A DNA stretch of 64,000 nt from Candidatus Thalassarchaeaceae archaeon (GTDB lineage Archaea; Thermoplasmatota; Poseidoniia; Poseidoniales; Thalassarchaeaceae): contig JAJPRD010000003.1 of the NCBI GenBank assembly GCA_023700255.1, positions 41,779 through 105,778 on the forward strand, given 5' to 3'. This document shows positions 31,501 to 41,000 of this stretch, piece by piece. The stretch's first letter is position 1; the number at the start of each line of letters is the position of its first letter. Both the position numbers and the translations under genes were made by a program. Under the pieces are notes generated by a model. That model was not told the origin of the DNA and searched no databases. It worked only from the letters and a program-made list of their open reading frames with translations.

Positions 31501-34314
31501 TCAGATGGTGATTCTCTCCCCGATGGTTGGGAAGCAAGATATTCCTGTTCTTGGTCAGTAAACGCAGCTGGCATTAATCCTATGAATGGTTCTGATGCTC
31601 TTAATAATCCTGATGGTGATGGCTATGACGTTAATCACAATGGAGTTCTTGAATTAGAGGAAAGTCTTGTGAATTGGATGGAGTTCCATTGGAGATCAGA
31701 CTTGATATTCTCTGATCGTACTGATAATGGCATACCTTTCCCTGATAACTTCACTACCCTACTATTCAATGATACTTGGGAAAATTTTGCAGAGGGGTCA
31801 TTTGGTGAATATGCAACTGATTCGTATAATAATTTAATCAATGGAACTACTGAGATCGATATTGGCTCAGGAAATCCACTAAATGCAGATTCAGATAATG
31901 ATGGTATGCCTGACGGATGGGAATTTTTCCATGCTCGATGGAGTCTCTTTGATGGTTCATGGAGTTTGAATCCTGTCAATGAACAAGATCGCGTTGGAGA
32001 TCCAGATGGTGATGGAATGAATAATTGGGAAGAATATAATGTGATTTCTGGTGAATTTACAGAAATAAACTCTCTAATAACTGTCCCTCAATTTTACTTA
32101 CTCTATTTTGGAGGTGAGTACCTCCCTAACCCTTGGTTATCTGCTGAATCTGCTAGTTCGTTTGGTTCATTCCTAACTCCTGAACAAATTAATTTAACTG
32201 GTATGACCGCTGATCCAAATAATCCTGATACAGACGGTGATGGACTTTTAGATGGAATAGAGTTAATCTTTACAAAATGGAATTCTACTGATAATGTTTG
32301 GACTCTGAATCCTCTAGTGCCTAACGACGGAAACTATGATTCGGATAATGATGGTATTTCTGATCAAGTTGAGCTCAATTTGACTCTCAATAATCCATTC
32401 AATGGTGGTTTATCTCCTCCTGACGCTCCTCGCTTATGGGAAGAAGCCGAATATCTTGATCCATCTGAAGCCGAGAATCGTGTATATCGGATATTATTCA
32501 ACAAAGAAGGTAGAGCTCAACTCGCCTTACAACAGTTCCAAGATTGGCAAGGTGGTTCTTCGGCGAAACCTCTTCTCCAAGCATTATTTGGTATATCTGA
32601 CCCAACCTCTGTAGATACTGACAGAGATGGTATGAGTGATGGATATGAATACTGGTTTACTGAGTGGAACCTTGAAGATAATAAATGGGAAATGAATTTA
32701 CTTACTGATACTGATATTTCTTTTGATTCGGATGATGATTCATATGATTGTGATAATGATGGAGTGATTTCCCCGTCCGAAAGATTTGATAATTTAGCGG
32801 AATTTGAATCCAGAGTATATGGGAAAAAATTAGCAATAGATAGTATACCTAATGGAACTGGGCTTGTATCTTATGGAGCTGATGCAGTTAATGCATATAT
32901 CGATGAGCAGGGGATGAGTTATTCTGCAGCATTCAGTCAATTATATATTACATTCAGTACAAAATCTCTACTTTCTTCTGAGAAGTTAGGATTGATTAAT
33001 GAGATCAATAGTAATAATTTCAATATGAGTTTAGCTGGAATAAGCGATCCTACTGATTCAGATTCAGATAGGGATGGCATGCCTGATGGTTGGGAATACT
33101 GTTTCTCAGTTTATGGTGAGTATTTACCAATTAACGATTATAGATGGTCAATGAATCCAATAAATCCTCTTGATGTTAATTATGATCCAGATGCAGATGG
33201 CTGGTATGATAGGCAGTGGCTTGACAACTCTGCTACTCAAGGTACTTGGGATAATCGTCAGTTTACACCTTTTGGTTTAGAAAACCAAATAGATAATGGC
33301 ATACTTGGTTTATTCTATGGTAATTTAATGGAATACGATAATGGCACACATCCAATGGATCCAGATTCAGATGATGACTCAATGGTCATGGAACCTGTTT
33401 TCACAAATGGAGAAGTAACCGGGTATGTACGGAATATGAATCTAAGTGATGGTCGAGAAGTTTTCAAATATGGTACAAACCCTCTCGATAATGATACAGA
33501 TGGAGATATGATGCCTGATTTCTATGAATATTATAGAGGTTGGAATGAAACAAATGATAATTGGTCATCTTATCTTAAAATACAAGTTCAATGGGAACAA
33601 ATTTCATCCAATAATTGGAAACCAGTAGATTTATCTGATGGAATTATTTCACGTCCAGTCTTAGATTGGGTATGGTTTACTCACGATGCTACGAATGCAG
33701 ATGATGCTGGTCAAGATGCAGATAAAGATGGTGGATGGGATTGTTCAGGCGGTAATTGTGTCTATGAAAAATATAATAATTTCCAAGAATATTATGGTTT
33801 AGTTAATGCATCATTATCTTCCCCAACTCTTGTTCGCCAGGCTTTATTGAATGATTGTTCTGGAAATTATGTTGAAGAATGGTGGCAGTTAAGAGAATCT
33901 TTACTTGGAACCTGTTCTGGGTCTTCTGCACTGGCATCTAACTATTTTAGAATGTATAAAATTAATAATAATGATCAACTGTTTGCATTAATCATTGACG
34001 ATAAAGATGTTGATTATCAATACTTAGATACAACTGATGATGAAACCTTGTGCAGTGGTGAATGGACTGATTCATACGAAAGATTTGCAGGTGATCAATA
34101 CCATCTCCCTAATACCGGACTTGGTGAATATGTCTTTAGTTGGTGGGTTCTAGATATCGACGGCGATCAAATAGCTGATGGAACAGACCCTACGAACTGG
34201 GATACAGATGGCGATTGGCTCAATGACTATTTTGAAATTGAAGATGATATGATAGATGGGATCAGAGGCAACAGTGCATCTCCAATACGTTATGACGATA
34301 GAACTACGTCCTAG
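28594..34314 (+). CDS. Giant secreted acidic protein with DxDxDG calcium-binding repeats and an inserted beta-propeller
   Basis: Signal peptide MRRKQTALLMTVLILSSLAFV; many D(T/S)DxDGMPDGWE...(D/N)P repeats; central blades with IGT.GGL-type motifs. Confidence 0.82.
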   Translation: MRRKQTALLMTVLILSSLAFVSQTRPQAPVENTNPGDAAGGGPPVTDEDGDRIPDFHESVLFGEDIMYDTGSEILQIFGLDSKNGTDNMSDHDNDGASALLEYCWPYTLDKCFTDRVALTGKPAELSDSGFREWLDPRVADTDGDGLPDGYEIYMCTEGGLGYLNTTSAWNCLWFDPLDPSDMWEDIDRCYDFTFGCGDGFDVDRNGVIDLTEMYSNSEEYIFGAPDDWITERDGLWCFGEINLLMPGSCQTAVERQTGDGWLGSDPTESDSDYYSWAEVISVGLVVPGDGIPDGWEVHYGLDPRNASDSIIDTDLDGWDLDRDGYVIPDTSVATSSWGESFSNYEEYMIHYDSGISVTPGLRSIEISNSEGIFSTFDQSTDPQLVDASVHTIIPDNQRDRLIIGSKYGITIFDPFNELSTLQELPAGVELKSMMKWSNNNGDYLVMSTNYGVSVIEIQNGIPLIESFSIGADESSVSISSVNEMVVLNTGSSNLDLMIFSNQDVWTISIADLSISTPVHLDSISELLVNNAAKVNTALHMEMDGRGPLLLIGTDGGLVAWNTTDGSDSTGDPWWVFNRENSENFVKKADLLNVSKSAIVNIITPAGPKDSSGNYELITGAWIGTAGGLHLVDIEKIISMPILAFDSDRMWKEENWLSGSNDIHSIYTINNQIIVGSRDGTWVLDGGYQGVTGISDNQTYLPGLVSSLVTLESSTSVHLFAGISPGRYMNIMPIDPRSSDSDLDGMPDGWEFIHGLDPTDPYDRDRDADADGVHYNPEIGEGIDRSWTNLDEFRFITNSENGFNGTDPRNTDTDGDGLSDGEEYWGWFTESTNFDCHYLNEEYICDEDVGILSQAVHLEGWLGSGAGGGTDGPTDPTNIDTDNDGMPDGWEISNRRWIGDVYNGGNLWTLDPMDPSDADGDADNDGLSNLCEYKWSNLLQVVSQEGLPSHGETSDAALNWTATDPNNIDSDGDSLPDGWEARYSCSWSVNAAGINPMNGSDALNNPDGDGYDVNHNGVLELEESLVNWMEFHWRSDLIFSDRTDNGIPFPDNFTTLLFNDTWENFAEGSFGEYATDSYNNLINGTTEIDIGSGNPLNADSDNDGMPDGWEFFHARWSLFDGSWSLNPVNEQDRVGDPDGDGMNNWEEYNVISGEFTEINSLITVPQFYLLYFGGEYLPNPWLSAESASSFGSFLTPEQINLTGMTADPNNPDTDGDGLLDGIELIFTKWNSTDNVWTLNPLVPNDGNYDSDNDGISDQVELNLTLNNPFNGGLSPPDAPRLWEEAEYLDPSEAENRVYRILFNKEGRAQLALQQFQDWQGGSSAKPLLQALFGISDPTSVDTDRDGMSDGYEYWFTEWNLEDNKWEMNLLTDTDISFDSDDDSYDCDNDGVISPSERFDNLAEFESRVYGKKLAIDSIPNGTGLVSYGADAVNAYIDEQGMSYSAAFSQLYITFSTKSLLSSEKLGLINEINSNNFNMSLAGISDPTDSDSDRDGMPDGWEYCFSVYGEYLPINDYRWSMNPINPLDVNYDPDADGWYDRQWLDNSATQGTWDNRQFTPFGLENQIDNGILGLFYGNLMEYDNGTHPMDPDSDDDSMVMEPVFTNGEVTGYVRNMNLSDGREVFKYGTNPLDNDTDGDMMPDFYEYYRGWNETNDNWSSYLKIQVQWEQISSNNWKPVDLSDGIISRPVLDWVWFTHDATNADDAGQDADKDGGWDCSGGNCVYEKYNNFQEYYGLVNASLSSPTLVRQALLNDCSGNYVEEWWQLRESLLGTCSGSSALASNYFRMYKINNNDQLFALIIDDKDVDYQYLDTTDDETLCSGEWTDSYERFAGDQYHLPNTGLGEYVFSWWVLDIDGDQIADGTDPTNWDTDGDWLNDYFEIEDDMIDGIRGNSASPIRYDDRTTS

Positions 34315-34355
34315 ACTTCACTGCATTAATTTGCTTGAACATTCACGGATAGTTC

Positions 34356-34826
34356 ATGAGCGATGAAGGGGAGATACCAAGTCCTTCCCAACCTATGGAA
34401 GAAAAGCTTCTTTTTCTTCAAGAAAATCTCTCAAATTTTGTCAAACAATACAATTTACCAATAATTGAATCTGCATTGGTTATCTCGAAATATTTGAATA
34501 TTCTTTTATCTGAATTACAAAAAATAGCTCTATCTGAAGGAGAGATTTTACCTGAGCATATTACTAAACCCTGGCCTATAATCAGCGTGATAGAACCTCC
34601 GCGTATCGATAATTTCCCTTTGGATAAATTAATGCAGACAATCGATAAAGATCGAATGGATATATTTGACACAATAATTAGAACTATCGTGAATGGTTCA
34701 GAAATACCATTTATTAATGTTGTAGCTTTAATGAGGGATTGGGAGAAAATAATCAGGACTCAATTGGCTAAATCAACCAGTCCTGGCCATCTTTTTAGCC
34801 CTTTAGAATTGCCTGAAGATTTTTAA
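34356..34826 (+). CDS. Hypothetical helical protein with an apparent internal duplication
   Basis: 156-aa ATG ORF filling the gap between genes; two similar helical halves. Confidence 0.65.
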   Translation: MSDEGEIPSPSQPMEEKLLFLQENLSNFVKQYNLPIIESALVISKYLNILLSELQKIALSEGEILPEHITKPWPIISVIEPPRIDNFPLDKLMQTIDKDRMDIFDTIIRTIVNGSEIPFINVVALMRDWEKIIRTQLAKSTSPGHLFSPLELPEDF

Positions 34827-35162
34827 TTATTGATTTTCAGACTTAGCAACTAATCTACTTGAAACCCAAATAGCATCTCCTATTGACCAAATATAGAGAG
34901 AGAACCATAGTATTACAGTAAAAAGTAAAGGTAACTGAATTAAGAACCAGCCATTTGCTTTCTCATGTTGCCTATTAAAATGCTGACCAAGAAAAAGGAA
35001 TGGAATGATTGCTAGAAATAATGTAAACAATGGTCTCATAGTTCCCCAAGGGCCAATTCCCCCATTTATTTCACTCCAAATGACACCTATGACGCCAAAT
35101 GAATTAACTTTCATTGGTTCATTATCATCTGCGAGACTAACTATGAGGTCATCAGTCATCAT
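34827..35162 (-). CDS. Small hypothetical membrane protein
   Basis: 111 aa with 2-3 hydrophobic segments; stop abuts the convergent gene. Confidence 0.65.
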   Translation of the reverse strand: MMTDDLIVSLADDNEPMKVNSFGVIGVIWSEINGGIGPWGTMRPLFTLFLAIIPFLFLGQHFNRQHEKANGWFLIQLPLLFTVILWFSLYIWSIGDAIWVSSRLVAKSENQ

Positions 35163-35245
35163 ACCTGCTAAGGGCTATTGAATCATGAACATAACTATTC
35201 GATGTATACGAAAATGCCAACTATCAAGCACTTCTCCAATCAATC

Positions 35246-36250
35246 ATGGGTAAGCCTGTAGTGTTAGTTACAGGTTATCCGAAGTTTTCTAATTATCATG
35301 ATAATATTTCAGAAAAAATAATACAATTCTTGAATGAAAAAACATTTTCAAGTATCGAAGTTCTTACTTCATTATTATCTGTTGATGAGAAAGGTTCAGA
35401 TAATATTGCACATAGAATAATTAATCATGAAGAATTTGATGCAATAATTCATTTAGGATTTTCAGCTAATCGTGATATAATTTCTTTAGAGAAGTTTGCA
35501 TATAATGAATATGGGATGACTAATCCAGATAATTCTGGCAGAAAAATAGTTTCAGGGCAAATAATTAAAGACGATTTAGAAAAATATGAGACTACAGTTT
35601 CAACGAATACTCTCGATGATTTATTTAATGATCATGAAAACATTTGTTGGAGTTCTGACCCTGGTCGTTTTGTTTGTAATGAAACTTATTTTAAAACTCT
35701 GTCCGCACTTTCTCAAAGTAATTCACAAAACAAAACTCTTCCAGTCCTTTTCATCCATCTTCCATCCGAAGAAAATTTGAGTCTTATCAAGCAATTAGAG
35801 ATAATAGAAAAGATTCTACATTGCATGATTGTAAAACCTAAATTAAAAGTAGTTGGCGGTTTAATGTTTGATGGGAAAGGGCGTATATTATCTTGTAAAA
35901 GACCGAAAAAAGACATTTGGGGTGGATGGTGGGAGTTCCCCGGTGGTAAAATCGAACATGGTGAAAATCCATATCAGGCACTCACCAGAGAGATACTTGA
36001 AGAGTTAAACTTGCAAATATCTCCCTCTAAAATAGAAGAAAGATTAATTCATGATTATGACGATTATCAAGTAGAATTAATCATATTAAATTGTGGTACT
36101 GTTTCTAAAAACAAAATCACATTGCTTGAACATGATGAAATGAGATGGCTTTCTCGTGAAGAATTACTTGAAGTAAAATGGTTACCAGCGGATTTACCTG
36201 TATTAGAAAAATGGTTTATTCATGGTTTACCGAATCTTCCTCTTGATTGA
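35246..36250 (+). CDS. Fusion of pyroglutamyl-peptidase I (C15) and MutT-like Nudix hydrolase
   Basis: VLVTGY, IIHLG, SLEKFAYN, DPGRFVCNETYF, FIHLP; then WEFPGGKIEHGENPYQALTREILEEL and WLPADLP. Confidence 0.88.
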   Translation: MGKPVVLVTGYPKFSNYHDNISEKIIQFLNEKTFSSIEVLTSLLSVDEKGSDNIAHRIINHEEFDAIIHLGFSANRDIISLEKFAYNEYGMTNPDNSGRKIVSGQIIKDDLEKYETTVSTNTLDDLFNDHENICWSSDPGRFVCNETYFKTLSALSQSNSQNKTLPVLFIHLPSEENLSLIKQLEIIEKILHCMIVKPKLKVVGGLMFDGKGRILSCKRPKKDIWGGWWEFPGGKIEHGENPYQALTREILEELNLQISPSKIEERLIHDYDDYQVELIILNCGTVSKNKITLLEHDEMRWLSREELLEVKWLPADLPVLEKWFIHGLPNLPLD

Positions 36251-36749
36251 TAGTCGGATAACCTCTTTTATCAAACCATTCTGTAGGCTCACCATTATAT
36301 CTCATTGAGAATTCATCTTTAGAAAATCTTGGAATCTCATTTCTCCCCTCATGCCAAGTTTGTTCTTCCAGCCATAAATCTAGTTCATCTCCTGCTAAGC
36401 TAATACTTATTTTTCCACCAAGTGTTTTCTTATCTAGGACAAAAGAAACTTTTCCAGCCATTGCCGCTTGCCTTGATATATCGAAGACCGTTGAATTTAT
36501 CTCTAAATCCATACTCATGATATCTAGTGCTGTATCTGAGATTCTCTGAATCCTTATTTGTTTAAGCAAAAGATTTAGAGTTTCAGATTTCCCACTAATT
36601 ATCAAATTCTTGTTTTTAGTCGGGAAAGAGGTATTTTCTATTTTTTCATCAGTTTTAAAGTCCGGGAAAAACACATTTATCGACTGAATCACCTTTTCAA
36701 TATTTTCATATGGTCTAACAAGTGATGAGATGATTATATGTGGTTCCAT
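36216..36749 (-). CDS. UPF0201/DUF54-family putative RNA-binding protein
   Basis: VRPYENIEKVIQSINVFFP, IRIQRISDTA, ISRQAAMAGKVSF, LGGKISI. Confidence 0.8.
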   Translation of the reverse strand: MEPHIIISSLVRPYENIEKVIQSINVFFPDFKTDEKIENTSFPTKNKNLIISGKSETLNLLLKQIRIQRISDTALDIMSMDLEINSTVFDISRQAAMAGKVSFVLDKKTLGGKISISLAGDELDLWLEEQTWHEGRNEIPRFSKDEFSMRYNGEPTEWFDKRGYPTINQEEDSVNHE

Positions 36750-36829
36750 GACTTATCGCAGTGCACCAGTAGTCATGAGTTCTCTGCTTGTATGTTCTCC
36801 CAAGTACACGAATGATTGAAATTGAATAG

Positions 36830-37609
36830 TTGTTGACAAGTGTCATGGATGAGCGCTCAGGCACCGTAGCCGGAGCATTATTTTTCATGCCAACTGTATG
36901 TGTAGTTGCTCTTAGATACGGTCTGCCATCTGTTAATGAGGTCATCTCTAATGATACGACTTTTGAGTTAGGGATTCATAGTCTAGCGATTTTAATTGGT
37001 ATCCTCATGTATCTGAAGTATAGAGTGGTTGAAGATCATGAATATCATCGTTCTGCTGCAATTAAAAGATTAGGTAAATCATATAATCAAGAAGATAAGG
37101 GACTTTGGGCCAAGAGTGAGAATGCGATGTCAAGGCTAGAAGTAAATTCGAAATCAGAACTTAAAGGCCGTAAAGCAGCGTTAGTTCAAGCAAAAATGTC
37201 AGGTAATATTGGTTCATTGAACGTTGAGTCCTCTGAAATTGAGGTAGATGAGGATTTAGATATTGAAATCAGAACTCATCATCGTGCTATTAACACAATT
37301 ATTGATGAAAGTGTATTAGCTACTACTAAAGATGCGCCTAAAAAATCATTTTTATCGAGAAGATTAGAAAAATCAGCATCTAAAAGATTAGATAAAAAAA
37401 GATTGAAAGCCGAAAGAAAAAGTTTGAAAAAGAAGGCTAATCTCTCATCCACATCTCAATCTAAAAAGAATTCTGAAAGTTCAGATAATCAATGGGATAT
37501 ACCAACGGACTCTAATTTAACTAAATCCGTAATTCCATGTAAAGAATGTGGCACATTGAATAATTCAAACAATCCTTACTGTACCTCGTGTGGTACTTAC
37601 ATATCTTGA
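36830..37609 (+). CDS. Hypothetical membrane protein with a basic low-complexity region and C-terminal zinc ribbon (start may be ATG 36845)
   Basis: Two N-terminal hydrophobic segments; Lys/Arg-rich stretch; CKECG...CTSCG. Confidence 0.7.
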   Translation: MLTSVMDERSGTVAGALFFMPTVCVVALRYGLPSVNEVISNDTTFELGIHSLAILIGILMYLKYRVVEDHEYHRSAAIKRLGKSYNQEDKGLWAKSENAMSRLEVNSKSELKGRKAALVQAKMSGNIGSLNVESSEIEVDEDLDIEIRTHHRAINTIIDESVLATTKDAPKKSFLSRRLEKSASKRLDKKRLKAERKSLKKKANLSSTSQSKKNSESSDNQWDIPTDSNLTKSVIPCKECGTLNNSNNPYCTSCGTYIS

Positions 37610-37659
37610 GAATGGAATTATTCAAAGGGGACCGATTAAAACAGTTTTTAGGTGAAATT

Positions 37660-38811
37660 ATGTCAGTTAAGAGAGATTACTACGAAATTCTTGGGTTAAA
37701 AAGAGGTTCGAGCGCTGCTGAAATCAAAAATGCATTCCGTAGTTTAGCAAGAAAATATCATCCTGATAAAAACCAGGGTAATTCAGAATCTGAAATTAAG
37801 TTTAAAGAAGTTCAAGAAGCCTATGCAATTCTATCTGACCCCAATGAGAAAAGAAAATATGATACTTATGGCCACAATAGGCCCGGCGGTTCTCCCTTTG
37901 GTTCGAGTGGTTTCGAAGGCGTTAATATTAGCATTGAAGACTTATTTGGGGGAGGTTTTGAGAGCGTATTCGGCTCAATATTTGGTTCAGCAGGTAATCG
38001 TCGAGCAAAGAGGCAAAGGGGTTCAGATTTACTTGTCAGGCACTCAATATCATTTGAAGAGGTTATGTATGGGTGTGATGCTTCAATAAAATTTGATGTA
38101 CTTAAAACATGTAAAAGTTGCAATGGAATTGGTTCTCCAACTCAAGACGGGGTTAGAGAATGTCCTGCTTGCGATGGTCGAGGTCGTATCCAAAAAATTG
38201 AGAGAGTTGGACCATTCACACAACAAGTTGTTAGCGATTGTTCATCTTGTAAGGGAGAGGGCCGTATAGTCATGGTTCCTTGTTCTTATTGTAAAGGTGA
38301 AGGTCGTGCTAATGAATCAAAGAATGTGCAATTCAGTGTCCCCCCAGGGATTGAGAGCGGAACTCGACTGCGCAAGTCTGGTTCAGGTGAGTCCCCTAAA
38401 ACTGAGAATGGTGACTCCGGACACTTGTATATTGAGATCGATATTAAAGAACATGAATGGTTCGAAAGAGATGGGGCAGATCTATTAATGGCGGTACCAT
38501 TGAGTTATACTGATCTAGTTCTTGGAACTACAATTGAGATACCTCATTTAGATGGAGAATTATTAAAGATAAAAGTTCCTTCAGGTTCTAATCCGGGACA
38601 AACTATTTCTTTGAAAGGAAGAGGTTTTCCTAGTCAAAGGTCTCGTAATGGGAGAGGCTCTGTAATGGTTCTTTTGAAGTTAGATATCCCAACTAAAATA
38701 TCTCGTGAACTAAAGAAAAAACTATTAAATCTTAAAGAAGATCTAAGTTACTCTGATGATGAGCTAAATAATAAAATCCGTGATGAAGCACAATCTCGCC
38801 GTAGAGGATAA
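37660..38811 (+). CDS. dnaJ: Chaperone DnaJ
   Basis: KRDYYEILG, HPD motif, G/F region, four CxxCxGxG repeats. ATG 37660 follows SD AGGTGA (ORF track starts at 37588). Confidence 0.96.
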   Translation: MSVKRDYYEILGLKRGSSAAEIKNAFRSLARKYHPDKNQGNSESEIKFKEVQEAYAILSDPNEKRKYDTYGHNRPGGSPFGSSGFEGVNISIEDLFGGGFESVFGSIFGSAGNRRAKRQRGSDLLVRHSISFEEVMYGCDASIKFDVLKTCKSCNGIGSPTQDGVRECPACDGRGRIQKIERVGPFTQQVVSDCSSCKGEGRIVMVPCSYCKGEGRANESKNVQFSVPPGIESGTRLRKSGSGESPKTENGDSGHLYIEIDIKEHEWFERDGADLLMAVPLSYTDLVLGTTIEIPHLDGELLKIKVPSGSNPGQTISLKGRGFPSQRSRNGRGSVMVLLKLDIPTKISRELKKKLLNLKEDLSYSDDELNNKIRDEAQSRRRG

Positions 38812-40938
38812 TCACCAATTAATGACTTTATTTGGCACTGCTGCTAGAGGTTTATCATTAACTAATCCCGATAATTGTAATGCCAAGTTAGCCGATTCTC
38901 CAGTCATAGATAATCTTATGAAAATTTGAGTATGTTTTTCCATAGTACCAAGGAATATCTCGTCATCTTGAAATAAATGCTTTGGAGAAACATCTGTAAT
39001 AGTAAGTTTAGAACCTTCTGGGTAATGAATTCTCATTGCAGCCATAGTCCATTCCCAATTACCTACTTTTATTCCCAAGAGAAGATTTTTGTCATTTTCT
39101 ACTATTTTCCAAGCACAAATTTCTATTTCTTCGGTCATATGAGTTAATATTGGTTTACCCCACACCTCATTTATCGAATTCCATGGACTTTCTCCTAATT
39201 GCTCTAACGCTAAATCAATAAGTTTTTCATCTTTTAAATCTTCTTTTTTTAATTGTTCAGAAAGCCTTTCTCTAATTCTCAATAATCTTTTTTTGTCATG
39301 GGATTGAATTCCAATGGCTCTTTTCTTTCGATTCATGATAGTTTTTCTATTCCAAAATATGACAACCATAAGGGGACTTAGCATTAAAACTCCAATTAGC
39401 TTGTAAAAAGTATCAAACATCCAAGATAAATCTTCATAATTCACTGGTTCTAGTGGTTTATTCTCCCCTAAATACTCAAGTTTGAAAAGGTAATCTACTT
39501 CTACTCCCAAATCTGCTCTTCTCTCAATTCTTAATGAGTGATTTCCAGATGGTAAAACTATAGTTTCTCCATTAGATGTATTTATAAGATTACCATTTTC
39601 TTGGTCAATCTCTTGAATTGTGTAGTTAACTTCTGATTTGATAAGTTCATTAAGGTAAATTCTAGAGCCATTTAAATCTAGAATTCGAATTAAATAAATA
39701 TCCACGTTATCTCCAAGATGTAGGCTTCCAGATATGTCTATATCGAGTCCGATAAGGCTCCACCTATTATCGGGGTATTCTAGCCATCTTGATTCTGGAG
39801 CATCTGCTAATGACCCACCATCTAATGGTTGAATTTGCACAAATGAAATATTCCATCTACCTGTTTTTTCTGATTTAATTATTATCTCTATTGAATCAGT
39901 ATCTTCTGCAGATTGTATTACTTCGGGGCAAGTGCCATCAACTAATGAAATATTTTCAAAATCTCCATTAAAATTAATTAAATAGATTTCAAAATTTGTT
40001 TCAATATTACTTGCTAAACATTCAAGCCCTATTTTGGTATCAGATCCTATTTTGAAAAGTAATGAATCTCCTTCAATATCAGATTCAGAAATATACGATT
40101 CATAGAATAATGAGTCTTGGTAAGTCAATGCTTCACCATGACTCCATGGCACCGATAGTTCCCCTCCTAGGGGGGCTTCTTTCGATTGATTATTCCTGTA
40201 GGTAGTAAATTTATATGAATTTAGTTCCTTGTTTGAGTCTGAACTAACTCTTAGCCAAAGTTCAGCGTCTTGAGGATATTCTAAAAAATGATTTTCAGAA
40301 TGTATGAGATTATTAAAAATCATTTTTTTCTCATCACTATCTCTTAACCAAACTTCAATTTTTATATTTCCATCACCTTCAATATCTGAAATTTCTATAA
40401 TATCTCCCTGTTCTCCAAAAATTCTTATTGAATCCTTATCAGTATAGTTATCTAGAATTCCTACGAAATCCAATCTTCTTTCAGATTCTTGTATATTAGA
40501 CGCACAATTACCTAATATGCAAACATCAGATGTAACAATAGTTTGGTACTCTCCTTGGTTACCCGGTGAAGGTATTGTATCAATGAGATCCTCTTTTTCA
40601 ATCATTGTCAAACTGTCAACCTTAATCATTTTAGTAGAAATGTCACTTACAGATACATCAGAATTAGATAAGACTGTTAATTTTGATCCTGCATCTAATA
40701 TTCCTGACCATTCTAGTACATGTTCATTTTGTAATGTGTAATTTTCCATTCCATTATTTATTTCTAGAGTCAATCCTGGACAATTGATTTCCAAGCAAGA
40801 GATACTATACCAAAAAGGTCCTGAATAGTCAATGTCTTCTTCTATCAATATTATTTTTTCATCTGATTGTCCGACAACATTAATCGCGCTACTACCAATA
40901 AATAATATTGCTAAGAATAGCGCAGCGATACGTCTCAC
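38812..40938 (-). CDS. Single-pass membrane protein with extracellular PPC-like beta domains and a ~170-aa cytoplasmic domain
   Basis: Signal peptide MRRIAALFLAILFIGS; GILDNYTDKDSIRI and GSLHLGDNVDIYLIRI modules; TM LIGVLMLSPLMVVIFW followed by basic residues. Confidence 0.7.
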   Translation of the reverse strand: MRRIAALFLAILFIGSSAINVVGQSDEKIILIEEDIDYSGPFWYSISCLEINCPGLTLEINNGMENYTLQNEHVLEWSGILDAGSKLTVLSNSDVSVSDISTKMIKVDSLTMIEKEDLIDTIPSPGNQGEYQTIVTSDVCILGNCASNIQESERRLDFVGILDNYTDKDSIRIFGEQGDIIEISDIEGDGNIKIEVWLRDSDEKKMIFNNLIHSENHFLEYPQDAELWLRVSSDSNKELNSYKFTTYRNNQSKEAPLGGELSVPWSHGEALTYQDSLFYESYISESDIEGDSLLFKIGSDTKIGLECLASNIETNFEIYLINFNGDFENISLVDGTCPEVIQSAEDTDSIEIIIKSEKTGRWNISFVQIQPLDGGSLADAPESRWLEYPDNRWSLIGLDIDISGSLHLGDNVDIYLIRILDLNGSRIYLNELIKSEVNYTIQEIDQENGNLINTSNGETIVLPSGNHSLRIERRADLGVEVDYLFKLEYLGENKPLEPVNYEDLSWMFDTFYKLIGVLMLSPLMVVIFWNRKTIMNRKKRAIGIQSHDKKRLLRIRERLSEQLKKEDLKDEKLIDLALEQLGESPWNSINEVWGKPILTHMTEEIEICAWKIVENDKNLLLGIKVGNWEWTMAAMRIHYPEGSKLTITDVSPKHLFQDDEIFLGTMEKHTQIFIRLSMTGESANLALQLSGLVNDKPLAAVPNKVINW

Positions 40939-41000
40939 GACTCTTCGGACAGGGCCTCCTCTTAGAATGCTTCAAGCGAAATGCTTCGTCCGCAGTATGT

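Noticed and set aside
28594..34314. Recurring GATGGTATGCCTGATGG-like DNA words as a CRISPR array or DNA repeat
   Set aside because: They encode the DGMPDGWE protein motif, vary at synonymous positions, are irregularly spaced, and no cas genes are present
36715..36945. 76-aa minus-strand ORF upstream of the UPF0201 gene
   Set aside because: It overlaps both flanking genes and has no recognisable motif
40908..41000. Head-to-head overlap of arcS with the 708-aa gene
   Set aside because: Artefact of longest-ORF calling; ATG 41001 gives a normal divergent promoter gap
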